Of a DNA stretch of 64,000 bases, positions 1 to 12,549 are shown in pieces. A program made the position numbers and the translations under genes. The DNA is taken from the NCBI GenBank assembly GCA_002104905.1, contig MCFE01000016.1, positions 1 to 64,000 of the forward strand, written 5' to 3'. The notes below the pieces were generated by a model. The model was not told where the DNA came from. It was given only the letters and a program-made list of their open reading frames with translations, and searched no databases. Position 1 is the first letter of the stretch, and each line of letters begins with the position of its first letter. The stretch comes from Basidiobolus meristosporus CBS 931.73. Its lineage: Eukaryota; Fungi; Basidiobolomycota.

Positions 1-2023
1 CTTACGTTAGTACTGTAAGCATGGAGTGATAAAGCCAAAATCTTATTTTTATTTCGAACAATAGTTTCCAGTTCGCTGCTTGTGAATTGGAGAAGCAGGT
101 AATTGATTTATCAAGGATTACGAGAAAGCACTTTATGCTCATTATGCTTTATAGACATTGTTTATGAACAATGACCCATTCTTTTCAATCAGCTCGCAAA
201 AATTTGGTTGGTAGTTATCTTCTTGCTTTGAAAGTATAAGGCCCTAACGTTGCAACTCAGATGGCAGCTGGGTACTCGTCTATCGCAGCGAAATATGCAA
301 TTCCACAAACACACCTCAATGGGACGCTTTCAATGGTATGAACAGATTAAACTTAACGTCGTGGTGGCTCGGATCACTAAAGGTGGGATTCGCAGGGCCA
401 CTGGCAAAATTCACGGACGATGAAAATGATGGAAGGCTGCTCATCCAAGTTTATGATCACCGTCGGAACGGAGGTTCGTGACATGGGCAATTGCTGGTCC
501 AGGAAGTAGTGGCCTTAACATCTCATAAACTATTCAGGTCACGTCTTGATTGGTGAAATTCAAACAACTATCCAACAACTTGTTGCATCGAAAGGGAAAA
601 ACCTGGCTTTGGTGAATGAAGCAAAAGCCAATTCAAACCCTGGAATCCTCAGTATTGAAGAATTTTCAGTGGAGAGGAAATTCACGTAATGTCATTGTTG
701 GTTGTTTGTAGCTATAGTTACCTCTCGGCTAATGCGCTGCGTAGTTTCTATGAATATATTTCTGGGGGAGCACATATCAACTTGAGCGTAGCCATCGACC
801 TCAGCAGCTCCAATGGTAATCATGGCTACCATGTGGGTTTGAAACAGCGTTAATTTATGGTGAGCATAGGTGATCCGAAGAATCCTCAATCCCTCCATTA
901 TCAAAATCCCAGGGAAAGTAACCAGTACCAAAGGGCAATCATGGATTTGGGTGAGTTGCAATGCAGGCTTCTCTGGCGATGCAAATCTAACATTCTGTAC
1001 AGGAAACATCCTCGAGAGATATGATCAAGATAAACTGTTTCCGGTAAGTTCCACCTGCATTTCCAGATTTTCAAGACACATTGCTAACGCCGAAGTTAAA
1101 GGTATTTGGCTTTGGTGCAAAATCCAATGACGCCCAATCCACACATTTGATTACTCTTTGTGAACGGGTAAGTGATCCTGTGTTTGATGACCGTGTGTGA
1201 GAGTGATGTTGATGTCTATCAACAGGCGACAGGAATCAAAGGAGTTTTAGAAGCATACAACCAAGCACTGCTTACTGTCCAACCTTCGGAGCCCACCTAT
1301 CTTTCGCAGGTCTGGTAGAGGCGTGATGATATTTATGTTCCTATATTGAAGCTGATGTCTTGATTAAGGTGATTGACGAAGCATGTAGCAGATTGGAGTA
1401 TGATTTGGCTCAAGCGCGTAGAACTTCTTCTTACATTCAACACTATCACGTCCTGCTGATTATCACCGATGTAAGAGTTCTTAGGAGGAGGTAGGCTAAT
1501 GAGATATCCTAACGCGCCTGGTAATAGGGGAACATCGACGATATGGAGAACACAATCGGCTCGATCATCCGCGCCTCTGAATTACCATTGAGTATTATTA
1601 TCGCAGGCGTGGGATTCAATGACTTCACAAACATGGAAGTATTAGACTCCGATGAGAAAATACTTACGGTAGCGTGTTTTTATGTTATTACTCTATTCTC
1701 ATTGGCATACTCAACTTCAAATGACGTGTTTATAGCTCAATGGCCAAACTGCCAAAAGGTAATATTCTCGCGAATTCCCTGCGATGCATTTTCTTACATT
1801 TTCAAACAGAGACATCGTTCAGTTTGTGCCTCTAAACCAATTTCAGGGTCTTAACTCTCATAAGCTCACTAGAGCTGTAAGTTGGACACATCCACCTAGC
1901 CCGCGTTTCCCCGCTCCCACTAACGTATTCCCTTGCCTTAAGGTGCTAACCGAGATTCCTGATCAATTCATGGAGTACATGAACAATCAACAAATACCCC
2001 CTCCTAAGCAGAGGCTGCACTAA
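1..2023 (+). CDS. Copine (C2 domain + vWA domain), multi-exon; 5' part presumably upstream of the window
   Basis: Spliced exons give a C2-like segment (LLIQVYDHRRNG|GHVLIGEIQTT). Copine vWA motifs follow: FYEYISGG..NLSVAIDLSSSNG, DPKNPQSLHY, FGFGAK, YHVLLIITD, IIRASELPLSIIIAGVG, RDIVQFVP, VLTEIPDQFMEYM. Stop at 2023. Confidence 0.9.
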
Positions 2024-2650
2024 TCTGATACTCTTGCTGGCTGCCTAATATCCATATCCTGGTGATGCAATCTCCACAATCACACCACCAACACACTCAG
2101 CACCGTGCACAAGCTATGTATTGGCCATCAATCGATATTCATGACAACAAATATGGATGCTTAAATAAATCATTCACGAGATCGTGTTTATTCATACGAT
2201 ACTAATCGGAGTACATTTGCTTGACATGTTGGAGCCTGGGTAGGAGGATGATGGGATAGCATTCGTTTGTACCGTGGTGTCAAAATCGGATATCTTGTTG
2301 ATGCGAAGAACAAGTATAAATGGCAATAAATGGTGATTTACAACAGTAGCCAATGTAGATGGCCTTGAGGGTGTCGATGCATTTGTACAGACGGCTGTGT
2401 ACCATTGTGGATTCAGATGCCCAACAGCTTACCGGCACGTGGGAAGAGACACTATAAGAGAACTGGCTCTTATAACAGAATATCTTGAAAGGCTGCTTCC
2501 CAATTCGTTGAACCACCAGGTTGCTCTAACTTTTGTATGTTTAGCAGCTGCATCCTTTGATCCGAGAGGCCCGAACCAAAGAAAGGGGACGTGGCGAAAG
2601 ACGGCTCCATCAAGAACATGGTAAAATGAACAAGACACAAGCCCAGAACC

Positions 2651-3762
2651 ATGCAAAGTCCTATCAAAATACGAATTGTGCTGTACGGTAAACCAGAAGA
2701 CATGTTAAGGTACGCTGACTACCAGGTTAATGGACTACTGGTAATGGGGACGGAGACGCCCCTTATAAATGAATGAAGACGCTGAGTTAAATCAATATTT
2801 TTAGAATCCCCTCTCAGTTGATCTGCTCGGTAACTGGAGGACAGGAACGGAAGCAAAATGAATCAACCACTAGCTGTTTGGAAGCAGGTGACTTCCCTGC
2901 TTTTGAAACAGTGTGTTGATTCTCAAGTAATCCAAATCTGGCATTTGGTGAGGATGATGATGCAGCATTGATGGAGATAGTAAGTCCGCTGATAAACCTG
3001 TATAGAATCGGATCATCATACTGTGGAGATCAAACTTTTGGGTTATCATCATGGAAACCCCACCTTTCCCGCCATTTGCCTATGACACTCGATCTACAAA
3101 ATAATGGAGATGCGGCAAGGTGATTTGTCTGCGCGACACTCTCGAGAATGGGATATAAATAATTGCAGTCTGGAGCAGAGCGCGGCTGGCCAATTAACCC
3201 AGCAGGCCCTTGGATTCGAGCCAACCTCTCGAACCTTATTAGATGCGATCAACATCGTTCGGATTGTCTTGCAGGGAGTACTGTCTTACTGCCAAGATTA
3301 TCCAATGGATCATTCAAATCGACCAGTACCCTGATGCCATCAGTTGATTCATCATCTGGCTATCACTACGATTGATTCATGGACTTTGATACAATCGTGG
3401 GATCTGGTAGAACATCGACTTGTAATGGCCAACTAGGAGATCGTTGCGCCCAATGGATCAGCAGGACTCATGTACAGTGGTCGACCATTGTACTTTTCCA
3501 AGAAGGCCCATTGATTATTGCTACTGATTAGCACAGCTCCCATATTCCCCTGACTCTGCTTAGGAACAATGCTGGTTTGTGTCCAGTCGCAAGGAACAGG
3601 CAACCACCACAGCAGAGAGGCGCTACGACAAGCTCTCATGTTCGATCGCACCTTGCTCTCACCACGATATCCCTTTTGTTTGTGACCAATGATTTCGTAC
3701 ATCCGACTCCAACACTGTTCTGCAGTGTGCTAAGTGCTCTGATTCACCCATCTGACTATTGA
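2651..3762 (+). pseudogene. Putative disrupted multi-exon gene of unknown family
   Basis: ATG 2651 (MQSPIKIRIVLYGKPEDML). Phase-consistent GT-AG introns at 2710-2804 and 3120-3168, plus a later intron joining the 3577-3762 frame. In-frame TGA at 2917-2919 and 3332-3334. One further join needs an unusually short ~30-nt intron. No family recognised. Confidence 0.35.
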
Positions 3763-4364
3763 GTGATTGGGAGGTTCTTGATGCATCACACTGCTTGACA
3801 ACATGATTGCTCCGTAGAAAACAGGCACAGTAGCATTTTATCTTGTACGCGCTTACATGTCCAATGATTTTGTAACATTATGTGGATTCTTGATCGTGGT
3901 TTTGGTCATGGAGCCAGATTTGTGTTAAACAACTTGATGTGGTGTGGAGCTTATTAACTGTGTTTGCTTCTTTTGATTCAAGTGTCTGTTGCGAAATTAG
4001 ACTGCGCCAGATATTGATCCCAGGCTGCTCTACGATCTATTAGACCCGTGTTTCATCTCACGTTGCGTGTTCGATATGCATCAGTGCCATGTATTGAGCG
4101 AACGAGGTCAGTTTGACAGACGTTAATTCAACAGCACGTAACAAACTATCGTAATGAGACTTCCCTCAGGAAAGTGCAAATTGCCATACCCTTCGGTTTG
4201 GGTTTTATCAGCGCGCCATACACCATTTTAAGCCCACACGCTTTCTTCCCGAAGAGCCAAACGCCACCGTCACGTTGACTGTAGTGAATCAAAAAATGCG
4301 GTGAATACTGTGTGGACAGCGAATTCCACTGGAAAATCAAGGCCGCTCCTGCTGAAAGTAGTGT

Positions 4365-4881
4365 TTATTTCTTCAAAACATGAGAATTTGGCCGGAGACA
4401 TTCCTCTTCGAAACCTTTCAAGTGATACACTTCGATTCCGTTCTTCTCAAGCTGCATGGCTCCAGTACAATCTTCTACAAATTTTGGAGGTTCCAAAACA
4501 CCTAATACTACACGCTTGATTTTAGCCTCTATAAGTCGCTCACAACACGGCTTATTTCCTGAAAGACGTAAGCTACAAGGCTCCATTGTGGTGTACATCA
4601 CAGCGCCGTGTGCCTCTCCTAGGTCGCTAAGTTTTAAGAGACAGCACTCTTCAGCATGAGTGTTTCCAGGCAGTTCTCTAGAATAGCCTTCGCTAAGAAC
4701 CACCCCATTTTTTACCAAAACCGCACCAACACAATAGGCTGTGTCCACAGGGATGGATAGGTTGGCTTGTTCGATGGCCTTCTTTAAGAAAATGGCGTCC
4801 TCCAAAGATTCTGGTGGACAGCGAGTTAGTAGTGATTGATTAGCTTGGTGAGCCAAATTTACCTGGGTTCGAAGTTGCCAT
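4365..4881 (-). CDS. Stand-alone zinc-dependent deaminase of the riboflavin pathway (RibD/Rib2 deaminase domain)
   Basis: Exon 1 4881-4863 (MATSNP), intron 4862-4811. Motifs FCVGAVLV-like YCVGAVLVKNG, GYSRELPGNTHAEECCL and YTTMEPCSLRLSGNKPCCERL, typical of fungal DRAP deaminases. Confidence 0.88.
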
Positions 4882-5148
4882 GCTACGTAGAACTTAGTAT
4901 CGGTATACGCAAGAATGAGTACTCATGCTATTAAAATAGTTAATGCATTGCATGTGATCTATCACTCGTACAGATCAAGCTTTACTTAAATGGTGACCTT
5001 ATTGATCAATATTGCAGAATCCACCAATAGAATTACGGAGAAGGTGGCCTTTATTGAGATTTATGTGGAATTTATTTGTGATGCAGACAACAGTCAAAAT
5101 ATACTAGCGAAGGTCAAAGTATTACTCTTCTTGTGTGCCAAGTTCCGG

Positions 5149-6836
5149 ATGTCTTTACTCAACTCAATATTCCGCTGGCTTTCAAGTACGTCAGAGGTGT
5201 TACCTATTTTAATGACACATACCCACATTTATCTTTAGTTCGGGAGACTGAAGATCAAAGCTCTGCCTTTACTCGCTCATGTAAATATAAAACTGGAAAG
5301 GTACTAGGAAAAGGCATGTTTGCTGTAGTGAAAGGTACTTAACAGTATATGTGTCTAAGAGGCATTAAAACCTTGATATTTTGAGGATGCTTAATACTGA
5401 GTCTTTCTATGTGTCCATTGTAGAGGCTATACACGTAAGTAGTCGTATGAATTCACCATTTTGACTGTTTTCCATTCAAACAGAGTCAACTAGATAGAGA
5501 GTGGCGAGACATATGCGGTGAAAATTGTCAGTAAGAAAGTTAAAGATAAGAACATACCTCATGAGATAAGCGTTCTCAAAAAAGTGTCAAGGGGACACGA
5601 GAATATTCTTTCCTTGATAGATTATTTCGAAACGCAAGAGAACAGTAAGCATTCTTTGCCTCCCATCCATCAACGCAATATACTAACGTAGGATTTGATA
5701 TCAACCAAGTCTACATTGTCACGGAGCTTGCCGAGGGTGGTGAACTTTTTTACCGAATTTATGATCGCGGAAGTTATTTTGAAAGGGATGCTGCCCATAT
5801 AGTGCACAGCATTTTAAATGGAATTGCGTACCTTCATGAAAACGGAATCGTACATCGAGGTATGACAGGATTAACTCCAGACCCCTAGAATTGCTTCAGG
5901 TTGATTTATCTTCATTTTATATCTGTCACTTACGTGTTAGACTTGAAGGTAAGAATCATGTACGGACTGAGGCTTCATCTGGCAAACGTTAAACACTTTT
6001 AAAAATAGCCGGAGAACATCCTATTCCGCACTAAAGATGAAGAGTCGGACATCGTTATTGCCGATTTCGGTCTGGCCAGGATAATGGATGATGAAAAAAT
6101 CCGCATACTAATGACTGAATGTGGTACTCTGGGCTACATCGTAAGTTGTCAAACATGGCGTTCGTGTAAATAGATAGGACCATCTAAACTCACTGGCCAT
6201 CTGAATTCAAGGCACCTGAAGTATTTGGCAACAAGGGCTATGGACAACCGGTGTACGTGTTCTTTACTCTCAATATCCCAGTACACTCAATGACCAATAT
6301 GCTTTATAATCCAGTGACATGTGGGCGGTTGGAGTTATCACCTATTTTTTACTCTGCGGCTACTGCCCATTCGACCGCGAGGACCAGAACTCCGAAATTT
6401 TAGCCATAGAGAGATGCGACTACGCTTTCGAGCCAGCAGAGTACTGGGAGGATATATCGGATGAAGGTTTGAGGATTGGTATAATATTCATATCCGAACA
6501 CTCACCAATTTATCGCTTGCTATAGCCAAGCAATTCATCTCATCGCTTCTTGTTCTTGACCCAAGCAAACGAATGACCGCCACCGAAGCACTTGGTAGTC
6601 CATGGCTTCGCAATTATATCCAGGCTTCTAAACTACCAGTTGGTGAACCGGATATTCTGCAGCAATTTAAGAAGGGATCGGAAAGACGCCGCGCTTTCCG
6701 CCGAGTCATCAACGTAATCAAGGTTGTTAATCATTTGCAACACAGCTACCAGATTGACATGGCGCTACCTAAAGATGAAGACATTGAGGCTGATACGCCG
6801 GTTACGGTGTACGATCCTGCAGAGAATGCGATGTAG
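5149..6836 (+). CDS. Calcium/calmodulin-dependent protein kinase (CAMK1-type), many exons
   Basis: GKVLGKGMFAVVK, YAVKI, YIVTELAEGGELF, IVHRD|LK|PENILF, IADFGLA, CGTLGYI|APE and DMWAVGVITYFLLCGYCPF. Basic amphipathic C-terminal segment RRRAFRRVINVIKVVNHL. Confidence 0.92.
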
Positions 6837-7162
6837 TTTGTTCGTTTTGGCCAACTTTGCCGATCAGTCTAGCGGTTCACCGATTCAGCCCTTGGAAATG
6901 AAAAGAATGGGCGTGTTTATTTTAATGATTGTTGAATGAAATGTAGAATAAATTATCCCGAAAGTCAAGGAAGATGGGAGAAGTTGCATGTTTTGATGAA
7001 GATTCATTGAGATGATGTGATCTTGTCTACGAAATGGAGAAGGAATGGTACATGGTGTGCTGGTGCTGAAAGAGTAATATGATCAACGCTTGAAAAAGAT
7101 CAAAGTGATGTTCTAATTGGAATTCAAAATCTCCATAGTTCTCGTATTCTGCCCCAATCTAG

Positions 7163-8914
7163 TCATTTCTTTTTGTCCTGATCAGAATCGGAGCCAGCCT
7201 CGTTGGCATCACTGGTTGAACTATCACCAGCTGGACGTCCGTGGCCCTCCTGTTCGCGCACAAACTCTTCGATCAGTTCACGCTGATGAGGAGTTACGTT
7301 TCTGTAGGAGGATGAAATCGTATTAGTGACGCAACTGGAGCAAACAGGTATAAATCCAGAAAATATCCTTACCTTGGGATCTCGACCTTGAGCTTCACGT
7401 ATTGATCGCCATGGGCATTTCTGTTGAGTTTCTTGATTCCTCTGTTTCTCAAGATGCTGACATCCTCTGGTTGAGTGCCAACAGGAATCTTCAGTTCCAC
7501 ATCACCATCTAGGGTGGGCACTCGGATATTTCCACCAAGAATGGCAATATGCAAAGGAACCTTGGCATCAACAAAGACATTGGGGCCCTCACGACGGAAG
7601 ATACTTGAAGGCTTGACTCGAAGTCTAACATAGAGGTCACCCGCGGTACCTTTACCAGTTACTGGCATGTCGCCTTCGTTAGACAGCCTGATCTTGACTC
7701 CTTCGTCTACACCAGCAGGAATGTTGACGTTGACCGTTTTAGGTTTCTTCACTCTACCAACACCATTACAGCTAGGACACTGGCTACCAGGAGGGATACT
7801 TTTGCCGGTTCCAGAGCAAGAGTTGCAAGTACTCGCGATCATCCCAATCCCAATCGAATAGGTGGTCTGGCCTGTACCACCGCACACTTTGCAAGTCTCC
7901 TTCTGCTTGCCACTCTTCAACCCTTCACCATGGCAAGGATCGCACACGCTGACTGGGGAGATCGTGATTCGCTTGGTAGCACCCTTCACTGCTTCCAAAA
8001 AATCAATAGCCAAGTTGACTTGAATGTCATCTCCCACTGTAAATTGACTAGCTGGGTTGGATCTTCTGCCGAATCCCCCACCAAACATTTGGCTGAATAT
8101 ATCATCCGCGTTGAAGCCATGGAAACCACCACCAGGGAACCCACCAGCTCCAGGAGGCGCATTGCCATTGAAAGCAGCGTGTCCGTATTGATCATAGGAG
8201 GCACGCTTTTGCTCATCAGATAAAACCTGTTTACAACAAGATAAGTTGGATACACACTTGATTACCAGATGGCGCTGCGGAGCAGTGCATCAGCCAAGCT
8301 ATACCTCGTAGGCTTCTTGAATCTTGACAAATTTTTCCTGTGCCGCCTTATCTTTGTTGGTGTCTGGGTGGTATTTTTTCGCAAGCTAAGAAAAAGGGTT
8401 TAGTTGGCGATTGAGAATTGGTGGCAAAGATAACCGATAAGTACCTTGTAGTACGCTTTCTTGATATCCGATTGGGAAGCGTTACGAGACACTCCGAGAA
8501 GTTCGTAAGCGTCCTCTTTCATTTCCTGTGCAGGAGCTAGATTTCAATGGAGGTGTAAATAACGGTGGACCGGAGAAATGCGCTTCAGACCTACCAGTGC
8601 TATGAAAGTAACTCTAGAAAACCATCAGCGAATTGGACCATGGATACTTAAGAAATATGACAAACTACCTTCTGATGGGCTAAGCTGGGGAGAGCGCCTA
8701 AAACGGAGGTGGATTCTAGTAACCGTAAAATAAATAACCCTGATCTATATATCTAGTAAAAGGACACACCACCGAAATACCACATACCTTGAAATACATT
8801 AGGGTTGACAGCTAAGCGCTTGTTGAAGGAATTACCAAAGGTCAAGTTCGAGAAACCTCTATTGGGCCACACCAGATATGCCCTGGCGGTGCGTACGCAA
8901 TGCTTGGTGGCCAT
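7163..8914 (-). CDS. MDJ1: Mitochondrial type I DnaJ/Hsp40 chaperone (Mdj1-like)
   Basis: Arg/Ser-rich presequence-like exon from ATG 8914. J domain (DAYELLGVSRNASQSDIKKAYYK|LAKKYHPDTNKD), G/F-rich linker, four CxxCxGxG repeats, C-terminal IPAGVDEG..GDLYV. Last exon ends DQDKKK* at 7163. Confidence 0.92.
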
Positions 8915-10254
8915 TGGAAAAGCTGATATAACAGAATTCATTCGAGTAACGTTTGTTGGTGTATATCTGCTTCAGGAATCTATTGAAGTCCACTGTCAAG
9001 AACCCAGTTTCGAAAATCCAAACCAAGTTATTAATAGGAAGAAAATTCGCAAGGTCAGTTCTCCGCAGCCCGACCGGCCCCACCTGAATTTGTTGGTAAT
9101 TCATTCCTAAAAAAATGATGCTTCCAAATTCTGTACAGCATCCGCGAGATTCCAATTCAATCATAAGTTACCGATCATAGATCGAATTCGACATCTCGTT
9201 TACGGATACTCATCAGCCGCCATGTCGTGAATTTTCGAGCATCATTCAAATGCTGTTGTGTGCATTCCGTGCTTCAACACCGATTCGCTGATGAATCATG
9301 AATGATCAGCCGTGATCCAATGAGTGCTCTGGATAGAATATGGGGTCCATCTATATCTAAATACTCTGCTCCACTAGGCCAACTCCCACATGCTTACCCA
9401 AGGCTGCCACAAGTGACGAAGTCTAATTTCTTGAAATTGCCTGTATTGCACCAACTATATAATCCAAGGTCACCCTCGTGCCTCTAGTGTCAGCTTTATC
9501 TGTGGGTATTCCTGACACAATCCCAAAAGCTTTACAATCTATGCAAATTATTACCTGGCACTCTTAATACTCTGTCAGCAATTTACGTTACGCCTGTAAA
9601 ACCTGAGGAGAGCTGACCCTTCTCTATAACCTTAATCCTGACTTCATGGGCCTTTCCAAAGGCCCAACTAATTTGTAAGTCACAGCGGTCCAATTATTTC
9701 CGGTAACTAGTGTCTAACAATTTATTCGCTTATCTTAACTGGAGTGTTGAGCTCATGGGCAACTCGTGGATTGAAGCCGCTCTTCTTACTTAATTTCCAC
9801 ACGTCTCATGCCTATTCAGGTAGAGGAAAGCGCCCCTATTATTCACGTCAATTTGAAATTTATCTTGATGGGGTTGGTGGGGCAAGATTGCTTATGAGAG
9901 CATGTGATAGGCGTGCCTAACGATTTCCAGATTGTTCATAGAAAAGGCACAAAAAAAAAAGTAAAAAAAAAAGAAATATACACCCACTTGCCCGCTATCC
10001 AATGGCTTTAAATCAATGCCTACTATTCGATAAAATAAGAAAAATATCCCTTATTTGTGTTCTTGAATATAATCTAATGAATCTTCACAGTAATTTGGCC
10101 ATCCATAGAGAGGAGATTTGGTTAAAAAAAAAGCTATGTGAGCGAGAATGAACATGCCATTAAATTTATTGACTTACGAGACATCTTGTCCGTTTCATCC
10201 TTCTTGGTGAAGTTCCCAGTCAGTCATTCAAAATCCCTTCCACTAAGCTTAGAC

Positions 10255-12373
10255 ATGGCTCCCCGTACTCCTGACATAGTGGACGCTTATACCCACGTCC
10301 CGAAACAGAGTGATTCCCTCAAAGTCCACAAGAAGGTCAAGAGCGGAAAATCCGCCGCTGGGAGCAAACACGGCTTGATTGACAAAAATGGTTTTCGTTT
10401 TCCCACCAAAACCATTTTTAAGAAAGAGCTCTCCCAGACCTGGGGCAAGGAATTTGGTGTTGGTCCTGGGTTGAATAACCTTGGGAACACGTGTTTTATG
10501 AATTCTGTGCTTCAGTGCCTAACTTATACCCCGCCCTTGGCATCTTACCTGTTCAACGAGGGCCATAAAAAGACCTGTACGTCGTTAATGTCCCGATATT
10601 ATTGGCAACTCGGTTGTGTTTCTGATCCTTTGCTCTCTATTTCTTAGGTAAAGTCCCAGATTTTTGCGCCCTCTGTGAAATGGAAGACCATGTGACCCAG
10701 TGTTTCTCGGGAAAGAACACCTCTCGAGGATCCATTTCCCCCAAGAGAATCGCCGGGAAATTGAGAAGTATGTAGCCCAAACAACTTTCAAGTGGTTGTT
10801 CGGTATTCTAATGATCCTGCTACCTACCAGGCATTGCCAAGCATTTTCGTCTAGGCAGACAAGAAGATGCTCACGAGTTTACACGTTATTTCCTGGACGC
10901 CATGCAGAAGAGCTGCCTTCATGGTTACGACCCGTATGTATCCCAAACAATGTCGAACTCGAGTGTTGGATGTTAATGCCGAATTCCATATCTAGAAAAT
11001 TGGATGCCAGAATCAAGGAAACCACGCTTATCCACAAAATTTTTGGTGGTTATCTACAGAGTCAGGTGAAATGTCTCAGCTGTGGCTACGAATCCAATAC
11101 CTTCGATCCTATGCTCGATGTAAGCCTGGAGATCAGAAACTGCCCCTCGATAGAGAAAGCCTTCAGTTTATTTACCAAGCCTGAGATGCTTACCAATGAC
11201 AACCGTTACAAATGTGAGAAGTGCAACCGACTTGTCGATGCCCAAAAACGAATGACCATGTACGACTCCCCCAACATCCTCACCGTTCAGCTGAAGAGAT
11301 TCAGTTACGGTTTTTCGTTGCACGGCGGGAAAATCTCCAAGCCTGTCAGCTTTAGCGAGACTCTTGAGCTGAAGTCTCATATGAGCAGAACCAAGGTATA
11401 TTTATGTTCGTCTGGTTTCAACACTGCTTCCCTGAGGCTAACTTCCGTCTTTTCAGGAGAATTCCGGCACTTCTTACAAGCTCTTCGGCGTGTTGGTGCA
11501 CGCTGGTGGATCTTGCCACTCCGGCCATTACTACTCATTTGTCAAAGCCCCCAATGGATCCTGGTACTGCATGAACGACTGTTCGGTAAGTGCCAAGTGT
11601 ATTTATTCTACAAGTACAGCTCGCTAAAGGGCATGGAGTCTTCAGGTCGAACCAGTCAGCTTGAATACAGTGCTCAAGCAAAATGCCTATATGCTATTCT
11701 ATGCAAAGGATCAGCACCACTCTGACTCCCATAAGAAATCTGCTGAGGTAGAGTTAGTCCTGGGAATGCTGTGCTTGTTCTCCTGTATCCTGACGACCAT
11801 GCTTTTTGTAATCAACAGAAATCTCGCGCTCACCAAATGAATCCTGATCTCAATGGTAAAGCCGACCACCCTCGCTCGGCTGCACCCGAGAATGGTGATG
11901 TCCCTAGCGTGGAGCCAGTGAGGTCCGTCAAAACGGAACTACTGGATCGAGCCAGGGAAAGAGCGGAGCTAAAGAAGAAAGAGATTAAGCATGAGAAATC
12001 CACAGTGTTTGCTCGTATCGCTGATTCCATCATAAGCCATTCCAAGCAAGCCATTTCAAGTGAGACAAGTACCCCCACTGCTCACAATGAGGACAAGTCT
12101 GAGAGACAACAGGATGAAGTTCGCGTTAGCAGTCCAGACATTAGTGACGATGGCAGCACCACCAGTATCAGTACCTCCAATTGGGTCGTCTCAGACTCCA
12201 GTGCCAATTTACTTAATTCCGCAAGTAGTCAAAGCAACGGATGGATCATCAAATCCGTTGGGCAGGAGAAGGGCGATGATTCAAAAGTGCAGCAGAAGAA
12301 ATCCAAGAAGAGAGTACACGAGGATCCCTACATGTCTTTGAAGTCAAAGAGATCCAAAATTGCTGCCCACTAA
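10255..12373 (+). CDS. Ubiquitin C-terminal hydrolase, USP36/USP42/Ubp16-like
   Basis: Cys box [51 protein letters not shown], His box [19 protein letters not shown], and a low-complexity Lys-rich tail. Confidence 0.92.
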
Positions 12374-12549
12374 GGCGCTTTGCAATCCCCCCTCGCTCTA
12401 GTCATTGATACTTCCGCTAATGAGGTGGATTTGATGTCACCAATCCATTTTTGATCTGCCTGCTTTTAATGCCACTTTAAATATTCTTTTTGTTTCATGT
12501 ACGTTATTATATATATTATGGTTCAACCAGTTGAATCCCAAACTAAGTA

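Noticed and set aside
8805-9164. ORFs 8805-9110 (+) and 8859-9164 (-)
   Set aside because: They overlap the MDJ1 first exon and promoter, with no recognisable domain.
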